DNA of 59,173 nt, filler included. It is 4 parts of 4 records of this genome, joined end to end, with 100 filler letters (N's around TTAATTAATTAA, not from the genome) between each part and the next. Parts side by side here need not be neighbours in the genome. Positions count along the whole stretch, not along the records: positions 51,847 to 59,173 come from SRR31147125_7168; 3 more parts are not named here. One strand, 5' to 3'. The position numbers were made by a program, and so were the translations under genes. The notes below the pieces were generated by a model. That model saw nothing but the letters and a program-made list of their open reading frames with translations. It ran no database searches and was not told the origin of the DNA. This document shows positions 51,847-59,173 of the stretch, one piece after another; the stretch's first letter is position 1, and each line of letters opens with the position of its first letter.

Positions 51847-54800
51847 AAAATCAGAAAAATCATTAAGATTAATAGAATGATTAATAATAGAGAGGGGAAA
51901 ATAGCAGAGTTAGAAAATGAAAATAAAGAATTAGATAAGAAAATAGATAAAGTTCTAGCTAAGTTTTTTGAACTAGTTCAAGGAAATATTTATAACGATG
52001 CTGTATCAGAAGTAGGTGAAGGAATAAGCAATCAACTCTTAGCTATAGGAATGGCTCTTTTTACAAGAGCTAATGCAGTTGATTTTATAAAGAAGATTTT
52101 AGAAGAGGCAAAAGATTATTCGCTTAACAAATTGGATAAACTTTTGTATGCTATGCCAAATGAGCTGGAGGGAGCAATACTCGGATTAACGGAAGAACTG
52201 AAGTATTATGATACTGGCTTTAGAGCTGTTGCTTTTAAAAGAGGAAACGAAATAGTTTTATCATTCAAAGGCGATGAGGATGAAGAAAAATCAAAGAAAG
52301 AACTGTTACCTCTTGGCTTAGATAGAGTGAAGCTAGTTTATAATAAAATAAAAAAAGATTATCCCAATGAGCATATAACCTTAACTGGATTTGGACGTGG
52401 AGCAGAGTTAGCTTTTGTTAATAATATTAAAGAAAACAACAAAGATTCATCATTGTTATTTTTAACTAACCCAAATGAGATTCAAGGAGCACTTACGTTT
52501 TCACTTGAAGATGTTGATAAAAAGTATACGTCTAACTACCGTTTTTATGTAAAAAATAGTGCTGGAGAAATTGTGACTTATGCTACTCAAGCAGGTTTAG
52601 GATATTTATTACTTAATTATACTGGAAGCCTTCTGGTAAAGGAAGCGGTCAAAGAAGCAGTCAAAGGAGCACTCTCTCCTAAAATATTATCGCATATCAG
52701 ACCACTTGTGAGATTTGGTAGTAAATCGATAACTTCTTTTTGGTGCTGGACGGGAGGGGCAATTTATAGAGTGTCAGCTACAGTATTAAGTAGAATGGGA
52801 GCGAGTGCTATTATAGCATCGGCTACGACTGCTATACTTGTAGCACTTGCTGTAATTATAGTATTTGAGGGATATGAGTTGTGGAAGAGATACCTAAAAA
52901 ATAAAGAAGCAGAAAGTTTACTACAATACATTAAGAATGAGAAAATTATTGAATTAACTCAAGATAATAGTGGTTTATATGTTGTATCAAAGAATTATAT
53001 AAAAGATGAAGGAGTTAGATGCCCAAATAACAAGCTGCGGAATATTAAAGTAGATTTAGGAACAGCTCTCTTTTTTCACCTGAAAAAGGATGAGAACCTA
53101 AAAATAATCTCTGATACAGAAAGTAAGTATGGAACAAAATATAGAATTAATGCTGAAAAAGATGAATTCTATATTGTTAGAAAAGAAGTTGAACCTGGAA
53201 TGGCAACAAACTTTAAGACTTATTACTTATCTCTAGTTCCAAATGAAAATAATGTTTATAGATTGGGAAGATATTTACTGGCAGAGAGAATAATTTCAGT
53301 TAGAGGATATCAATATGCAGATAAAATTGAAGAAAATGAGATTATTATTACTGGAACTATAAAAAAAGATGCAAAAGATTTAGAGAAAGTAGGCTCTTTA
53401 TCTTCAATTATCGATGTTCATAAAGATATAAACTATAATTACAATGAGATGTTAGATAGTGATATAGAACAAAAATTTTACTACTTTAACGGAACAGAGA
53501 TTGAGTATGCCACGGATATTTATGAATTTAGTAGTAAAGATAATTATGATAATTCGGAGTTTTACAGAAATGAGCATGCATTTCTTCCATATATTGATAA
53601 AGATAGCGGTATGATATCAAGTGAAATGAAGGAAGATTATGGTGTGATATCAACTGAAATTAGGAAGGACTATAAATATGCTATTTTTAAATATGCACTT
53701 TTAGAAGCTTATAGTAAATTTAATTTAATGGGATATCAATATGATTATCTTTGTGAAAAAATCAATATAAATTTTGGGCGTGTTGATATTGAACTTGAAA
53801 TGAAAAATAAAGTTTTGGAGGCTAATAAACATTTTGGTATGAATTTTCATTATTTATCTAAATTAATCGAGGGAAAAGATGAGGTGTTTTTAGAAGAAAA
53901 TATCCAGAAGATTTATAAAATTAAGAGAACTAACCTTGATGAAGGTTACATCACATTTAAATCATTTGGAAATTCAAATATGAAGTATAAATACAATCCT
54001 TTGATTAATAGTTCGTTTTTATCTGAATCGTTTATGATTAATGCAAAAAGATTGCCAAATTATAAGAAAAAAGATATTTTGGGAACGAATGGTTTAATTG
54101 TAAAAGAACAAAGAGAATTAAAAAAACATATTCGTGAAATAGATTCTAATAATGAAAATGAAAGTGAAGATGAAAATGTACTTGGTAGTATTACAATAGA
54201 GAATACTTTGTTAGGTGAAAATATACAACTACTTAAACCAGAAGATGAAAATTTTTGGAGTACAGGAATTGACAATATAAAAGATTTCTTTAATTTGATA
54301 AGTGATGAAGAAAAAAAATCAGAGTTCCATCAAAATTCTTTAAAAACTCACTATAAAGATTTAGAGCAATACTTTGAGGTTTTAAACATAGAGCGAAAAA
54401 ACAGAAATAACGAGAATGAAATCAGGGTAATTAATACCAGATATTTCTATAGTCCTTCAAATAGCTTAATTCATATTCAATATGGAGAGGAAGAAGTATA
54501 TAAGCATGTTCAAATAGTAAGAAACTTTCAAAACAAAGATTACAGTATTGACCTCCCTAGATATCACAAACTTAAAGGAAGCCTAAAAGCGGACATAGAA
54601 GATGCTAAACAATATGAATTTGAGATAAACACTGAAACAATTATAAATGATAGTGAAAAATCAAATAGTAATGGAAGTGCTATTACACTTGATTTTAATG
54701 GAAATAAATTTGAGTTAGGTAGTGAGATAGAAAAACTAGAAGTGATAGAAAGTGATTCGCATGAGATGTATAAATATCAAGAAAAACTAGGCAGTCACAC

Positions 54801-55686
54801 AGTATATTATGAATATAACTTACTCGAAAGCAAAGTTTTTATTTATTATGGAGAACTATTTGATGTAAGTGATTATGTTTATACTGATGAAGAGAATGAA
54901 AAAACTGAGAATTCTTTTGTTTATGAACATCGATTTGGAAATGCTGTTGAAATTACTGACTTTGTTAATCATAACCTCGGCCTAGATTTAGCTATTGATT
55001 ACCCAATACTATATGGTTCTATTTACGAGCGAGAAAATACTGAGAAAGCTGAGTATGCTTTTACAAATGGTTTTCCTATGAACTATTATGTTAAATCGAA
55101 TGGTGAGGGAACAATTGTTTGCAATGATAAAAATCTAAATAGTTTAGATTTCATTAATCTGTATAAATTTGAAGATGTGGAGAATAGTCAATTTGATAAT
55201 ATTGTGGATTTGGCAGAAGATAAAAGTAGTTCTAGGAAATATAATGAGAATTTCTGTTTTAAAACCAAGGATGAAAAATATTTTGGAGTATATAACGATT
55301 CTCTTAAAATATTTTCAGTTTATTATAAATCACAAGCAGAAGATAAGACTGACGTAAAGCTATATAAAACTAGAGATGAATTTGATCTATTTAATTTAGA
55401 TGGTTATAAAAAACTAGAGATAAGAAACTTTAAAAGTGGCGATTATGGAATCAATATCCCATTAAAAATGAGTACGATACTGGGGAGTTTATCTAAAAAA
55501 ACAATTTATAGTGTGAAAAAAGGTGATACTTTATGGAAAATATCTGAGAGAGAGTTAGGTGATGGAAATAAGTGGAGAGAGCTTTGTTATGATGACGGAA
55601 AAAGTGTCACAACTAAAAACCCTAACTTGATTTATGTAGGACAAAAAATATTACTACCACTAGACGCTAAACAAGGAGCAATTTAA
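51847..55686 (+). CDS. Large multidomain protein (probably 5'-truncated): degenerate lipase-like domain, hydrophobic segment, internal repeats, C-terminal LysM
   Basis: Frame is open from the contig start. Contains DTGFRAVAFKRGNEIVLSFKG..HITLTGFGRG and C-terminal YSVKKGDTLWKISERELGDGNKWREL..NPNLIYVGQKILLP. Confidence 0.8.
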   Translation, partial: KIRKIIKINRMINNREGKIAELENENKELDKKIDKVLAKFFELVQGNIYNDAVSEVGEGISNQLLAIGMALFTRANAVDFIKKILEEAKDYSLNKLDKLLYAMPNELEGAILGLTEELKYYDTGFRAVAFKRGNEIVLSFKGDEDEEKSKKELLPLGLDRVKLVYNKIKKDYPNEHITLTGFGRGAELAFVNNIKENNKDSSLLFLTNPNEIQGALTFSLEDVDKKYTSNYRFYVKNSAGEIVTYATQAGLGYLLLNYTGSLLVKEAVKEAVKGALSPKILSHIRPLVRFGSKSITSFWCWTGGAIYRVSATVLSRMGASAIIASATTAILVALAVIIVFEGYELWKRYLKNKEAESLLQYIKNEKIIELTQDNSGLYVVSKNYIKDEGVRCPNNKLRNIKVDLGTALFFHLKKDENLKIISDTESKYGTKYRINAEKDEFYIVRKEVEPGMATNFKTYYLSLVPNENNVYRLGRYLLAERIISVRGYQYADKIEENEIIITGTIKKDAKDLEKVGSLSSIIDVHKDINYNYNEMLDSDIEQKFYYFNGTEIEYATDIYEFSSKDNYDNSEFYRNEHAFLPYIDKDSGMISSEMKEDYGVISTEIRKDYKYAIFKYALLEAYSKFNLMGYQYDYLCEKININFGRVDIELEMKNKVLEANKHFGMNFHYLSKLIEGKDEVFLEENIQKIYKIKRTNLDEGYITFKSFGNSNMKYKYNPLINSSFLSESFMINAKRLPNYKKKDILGTNGLIVKEQRELKKHIREIDSNNENESEDENVLGSITIENTLLGENIQLLKPEDENFWSTGIDNIKDFFNLISDEEKKSEFHQNSLKTHYKDLEQYFEVLNIERKNRNNENEIRVINTRYFYSPSNSLIHIQYGEEEVYKHVQIVRNFQNKDYSIDLPRYHKLKGSLKADIEDAKQYEFEINTETIINDSEKSNSNGSAITLDFNGNKFELGSEIEKLEVIESDSHEMYKYQEKLGSHTVYYEYNLLESKVFIYYGELFDVSDYVYTDEENEKTENSFVYEHRFGNAVEITDFVNHNLGLDLAIDYPILYGSIYERENTEKAEYAFTNGFPMNYYVKSNGEGTIVCNDKNLNSLDFINLYKFEDVENSQFDNIVDLAEDKSSSRKYNENFCFKTKDEKYFGVYNDSLKIFSVYYKSQAEDKTDVKLYKTRDEFDLFNLDGYKKLEIRNFKSGDYGINIPLKMSTILGSLSKKTIYSVKKGDTLWKISERELGDGNKWRELCYDDGKSVTTKNPNLIYVGQKILLPLDAKQGAI

Positions 55687-56703
55687 ATGAATGAAGCATA
55701 TAAATTTAATGAAGAGAATGAAGTAGAAGAGATATATCATTACGGTTTCTCAAAGATAAAAATAATGGGTAACTATATTGGAGATAATATATCAAAGGAT
55801 GAAAGCGGAAGATATGTGGATAATTTTGGAAATATTTATACAAAAGATTATAGAGAAAAAACATTAGTTATCGACTATTTATCAAGGGAAAAGTTAAGGA
55901 CTTGTATTAAGATACAAAATTTTAAAGAGGGAGACTATGGTCTTTGGTTAGAGAGAGTTCCCCCTTACTATATTGAAAATGGGAATATACTATGCAAAAT
56001 AACTAGAAAAAAAGATAGCCCTAAAAATATAAAGGCAGAAGCTGAGAATGATTATCTGGCTCTTGAAGAAAGAATAATTGATGATTTTTTATGGATTCAA
56101 GCTCACGATAAATTAATATTTCCATCAACACAAGAGGATCTGTCGCCAGAAGAAAATGAAAATTTAGATGATAAGCTTGAAGAGGAACAAAAGATAATAG
56201 AAACGCGGGAAATGGAAGCAGAAGAGAGTGAAGCACTTACAACTGCTCAAGCTGAGGTAAGTAGTATAGAGTTGCTAGATATTGATATATCTCCACAAAA
56301 AGCAGGTAAAGGGAAAAAGTTATTTGTAACAAGTGGTGCAAAACTAAAATGCAATTTTGGTGAAAAAGAAGGTAAACTTACAGCCACTGTAGCTGCTACA
56401 GTAGCAATAGATGGCCAAGTTAAGGCAACTATTATGGATTCTGCTCCAATGGCCAACATAGCACCGTTTGGTAAATGTAAATGTATGGGTTATCCTCTGA
56501 CAGCGGCAGCAACAGCAGCAAACAAAGGTAAGCTAAAACCTATGCCGTGTATGCCAGGAACAGGAGCACCTTGGACAGGAGGAAGCGGGGTAGTAAATGT
56601 GATGGGAGCCCCAGCCTTACTTGAGAACTCTAAACTGGTTTGTATGTTTGGCGGGCAGATTCAGATAACTGATCCTGCACAAAAACTGACAAAAGGGAAG
56701 TAG
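55687..56703 (+). CDS. DUF4280 (PAAR-like) protein with ~210-aa N-terminal extension
   Basis: VTSGAKLKCNFG, NIAPFGKC, PMPCMP..PW and ALLENSKLVCMFGGQIQITDPAQ motifs. Confidence 0.9.
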   Translation: MNEAYKFNEENEVEEIYHYGFSKIKIMGNYIGDNISKDESGRYVDNFGNIYTKDYREKTLVIDYLSREKLRTCIKIQNFKEGDYGLWLERVPPYYIENGNILCKITRKKDSPKNIKAEAENDYLALEERIIDDFLWIQAHDKLIFPSTQEDLSPEENENLDDKLEEEQKIIETREMEAEESEALTTAQAEVSSIELLDIDISPQKAGKGKKLFVTSGAKLKCNFGEKEGKLTATVAATVAIDGQVKATIMDSAPMANIAPFGKCKCMGYPLTAAATAANKGKLKPMPCMPGTGAPWTGGSGVVNVMGAPALLENSKLVCMFGGQIQITDPAQKLTKGK

Positions 56704-56843
56704 AGTTAATAATAAATCAATAGCTTTTCTCCCAAGATGAAATTCCTAACATATTTAAATTAAAAATAAAAATTATTATAATTAAAAGAGGTAGCTAAAT
56801 CAACTGGACTTAACGTTGAGGAAATTGAAAATTTAGACTAATT

Positions 56844-56869
56844 AAAGCAGGGGCTAACCCTGCTTTTTT
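56844..56869. terminator. Intrinsic terminator (probably bidirectional) between convergent genes
   Basis: AAAGCAGGG-gctaa-CCCTGCTTT followed by further Ts. Confidence 0.8.
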
Positions 56870-56871
56870 GA

Positions 56872-58080
56872 TCAACTTACACTAATTTTTTCTTTAACAA
56901 AAGAGCCTTTCCAAAATATCCCCAGCATTACAAGAACTAAGCATAATTCAAATAGATATATAGGGAAATCAATAAATTCAAGCAAAATACCAATCAGTGC
57001 AAACGAAATGGGGAATGAGATATTTGCTATGGCAGACACCAGACTAAACACCCTTCCTCTTAAGTTTTTCGGCGTATTAAGTTGCAGTATCAACTGCCAA
57101 AATGTGGCTGCATTTGATATTGTGATTCCCATTATTATTACAATTAGTAGATAGGGTATTATTAGTCTAATCTGCATGAAGCTAAGCATGGCAATCGCAC
57201 CGTAAGTTAGTCCTAAGATAATCGTATAAACAGCAAGTAAATTATGTGTAGATTCTCTCTGTTTAGACAAATTAAGTATAGTTGCCCCTATGATTAATCC
57301 TAAACCTAAACTTCCCTGTAGGAGAGCAAGGTTCATTGCATTTGCAGAGATCATGTTTGCCAAAAATGGCAGAATCAGCGTGAAACTTCCAACGGCAAAA
57401 TGAACCAAAGCAATGATTATAAGGATTTTATTTAATAATTTCTTTTTCACAACAAACTGAAACCCCTCTTTCAAATTATCAAAAAAACGTTTTTCATTAT
57501 TTATAACAGCTTTTTTATCAGATACCGCGATAAATAACTCAAAAAAAGCTGAGAGTATGAATGAGACTCCGTTAATGATGAAACCTCCGATAAATCCAAG
57601 CGCTCCAATAGCAAGGGCACCAAGTATTGGCCCTATAACAGAGCTAATTCCATTTATTAACTGCTCTAACGCATTTGCCTTTGGCAACTCATCTCTACTA
57701 ACTACTTCGGGAATTATTGACTTGATAGCAGGTTCAAAGAAAGCATTGAGAGCTGAGATAATAGCCGAGATAATTACAACAATCTGAATAGTTAGAGCAT
57801 TGTGATGTTCCAAATATGAGATAGTCAAAATCAACAGCCCCCTAATCAAATCCGTAACGATCATAATATTTCTCTTGTTTTTCATGTCAACAAAAGCACC
57901 ACTGAAAAAACAAAGTACAAATGCTGGCACTGTAGATGCCACCAGTACCGATCCCATCATTAAAGAAGAGTTAGCTCTTTCCAAAACCCATAAAGCCAAA
58001 ACCAGAGTGTAAAATCGATCCCCAATCATTGATACAAATTTTCCTGACCAAACTAAAAAGTAGTTTTTGTTAATAAACAT
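56872..58080 (-). CDS. MFS efflux transporter (DHA3/MefA-like)
   Basis: NYFLVWSGKFVSMIGD, GAFVDMKNKRNIMIVTDLIRG, FFEPA and LRGRVFS motifs; about 12 TM segments. Confidence 0.92.
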   Translation of the reverse strand: MFINKNYFLVWSGKFVSMIGDRFYTLVLALWVLERANSSLMMGSVLVASTVPAFVLCFFSGAFVDMKNKRNIMIVTDLIRGLLILTISYLEHHNALTIQIVVIISAIISALNAFFEPAIKSIIPEVVSRDELPKANALEQLINGISSVIGPILGALAIGALGFIGGFIINGVSFILSAFFELFIAVSDKKAVINNEKRFFDNLKEGFQFVVKKKLLNKILIIIALVHFAVGSFTLILPFLANMISANAMNLALLQGSLGLGLIIGATILNLSKQRESTHNLLAVYTIILGLTYGAIAMLSFMQIRLIIPYLLIVIIMGITISNAATFWQLILQLNTPKNLRGRVFSLVSAIANISFPISFALIGILLEFIDFPIYLFELCLVLVMLGIFWKGSFVKEKISVS

Positions 58081-58117
58081 CCTAATCCTCCATCTTTATA
58101 AAATTATTGATAATATA

Positions 58118-58148
58118 ATGATAGAGTATGAAGCTGTAGTCAGGTCAA
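58118..58148 (-). promoter_or_regulatory. MerR-type promoter of the MFS gene (-35 TTGACC, 19-bp spacer, -10 TATCAT)
   Basis: Minus strand reads TTGACC-tgactacagcttcatactc-TATCAT, followed by a GGAGG RBS and the MFS ATG. Confidence 0.72.
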
Positions 58149-58676
58149 GCTCTTTATTTTATTTCGTAAAGTTCTAATATTTTCATCATTTAGTCCCAAT
58201 GCCTTCAAAAAAGCCGTATGCTTTTTAGGAGAATCCTCCTCAAAATCTCGATGCCACTGGTAGAGATCTTCGTCAGTATAACCTATTCCAGTAAGCATAT
58301 TAGACCATGTAACATTGTTAAAGGATGATTTTTCACTATTGCTGACCTCTTTCGTTAATGATTCAATGATAATGCGTTCCTGTTTCTTCATTAATTTTAT
58401 CTCTTCCTGAATATGGGCTAATCTTTCGGTTAAAATATCTGAGATGCTGCTTCTGTTTATAGTTAGAAGTTTTGCGATATTTTCAAGTGAAATCCCAGCC
58501 TCTCTGTATTGGAGTATTATTTTTAACCTCTCTTTGTCTTTCTCTGAGTATAAACGGTAGTTACTACTGCTTCTGGCAGAAGGTTTTAGTAGTCCTATCT
58601 TGTCATAATAGAGAATAGAACTTCTAGAGAGTTTAAACTCTTTTTTCAAATCACCAATGGTATACATTTTATTCAT
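58140..58676 (-). CDS. MerR-family transcriptional regulator
   Basis: YTIGDL..SRSSILYYDKIGLLKPSARSSSNYRLY; C-terminal WHRDFE..P..H..FL..LG. Confidence 0.94.
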   Translation of the reverse strand: MNKMYTIGDLKKEFKLSRSSILYYDKIGLLKPSARSSSNYRLYSEKDKERLKIILQYREAGISLENIAKLLTINRSSISDILTERLAHIQEEIKLMKKQERIIIESLTKEVSNSEKSSFNNVTWSNMLTGIGYTDEDLYQWHRDFEEDSPKKHTAFLKALGLNDENIRTLRNKIKSLT

Positions 58677-59173
58677 CCCTTTCTACTTTAATCGTGATTG
58701 ATTTATAATATTTTTAATTTAAAATTTCAGTCGAGTAAGTGATATTTAAAATCTATTTTATTTTTTCGAATTAATAGTTTTATGTCAAAGGAGTTTAGTA
58801 GTGCTCACAGCATTGTCACCCATAATTCCTTGCTATATCTAATGAAACGAGGTGTGTATCACCTTAACAAAGAGTTCTATTAGGGGAATAATTATATATT
58901 ACTCATAGTATATATGAGTAAAGTTAATTTAACAAATATATATTTTGGCGATAAAATTAATTCATTGATGAAATTTTTAATTAAATTTATCATTGCACTC
59001 ATTTCCTCAGCTTTGGATTCGAAGATTATAAATGAAAAAAATTCAAAAACCAATTATTATATTTGTAATAAAGGATTTTTGAATTAAAATTGTAAAGAAT
59101 ATTGCTTAGAATTTTTTTCATAAATAACTGAAGAAGCACCAGTGATTTACTCAAAACTTTAAGAGTTATATAA

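Noticed and set aside
306-57787. Numerous 60-180 aa ORFs antisense to or nested in long genes (e.g. 7227-7646, 9464-9913, 31397-31939, 25887-26156)
   Set aside because: They are shadows of well-supported genes with no recognisable motifs or RBS. The few real pieces are frameshifted fragments already merged above.
1-59173. CRISPR arrays, tRNA/rRNA genes, transposases, integrases, defence systems
   Set aside because: By inspection I found no regularly spaced direct repeats, cloverleaf or rRNA signatures, or matching protein motifs.
58950-59173. Possible 3' end of a minus-strand gene at the window edge
   Set aside because: Only a short, low-complexity open frame with no recognisable motif, so it cannot be supported.

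Overview
This window is not one locus. It is four unrelated contigs joined by artificial 100-nt linkers (N-run + TTAATTAATTAA + N-run) at 17027-17126, 34526-34625 and 51747-51846, probably from a metagenome. Contig A (1-17026, all minus strand) has two LacI regulators, five divergent URO-D/MtaA-superfamily TIM-barrel genes, an RraA/HMG-aldolase-like gene, a Na+/solute symporter, a DUF4838 lipoprotein, a GH-like lipoprotein and a CBM9/DUF5916 outer-membrane protein. It looks like an uncharacterised sugar-derivative catabolic system. Contig B (17127-34525, Bacteroidota-like) has an ECF-sigma/FecR/SusC/SusD/SusE/GH76 polysaccharide utilisation locus with a candidate cis-antisense sRNA over the susC leader. 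It also carries acs, sulP and a second ECF trio. Contig C (34626-51746) is a PEP-CTERM/exosortase-type exopolysaccharide locus: FemAB-like, GT2/GT4s, Wzy/ligase, CapK-like, DUF362, asnB, flippase and acyltransferase. Contig D (51847-59173, very AT-rich) has a large 5'-truncated LysM protein with a degenerate lipase motif and an adjacent DUF4280 PAAR-like protein. The two share a ~150-aa repeat module. An MFS/MerR pair with a 19-bp-spacer promoter follows. Many genes carry single-base homopolymer frameshifts that are most likely sequencing errors. Family calls come from motif recognition by eye, not database searches.
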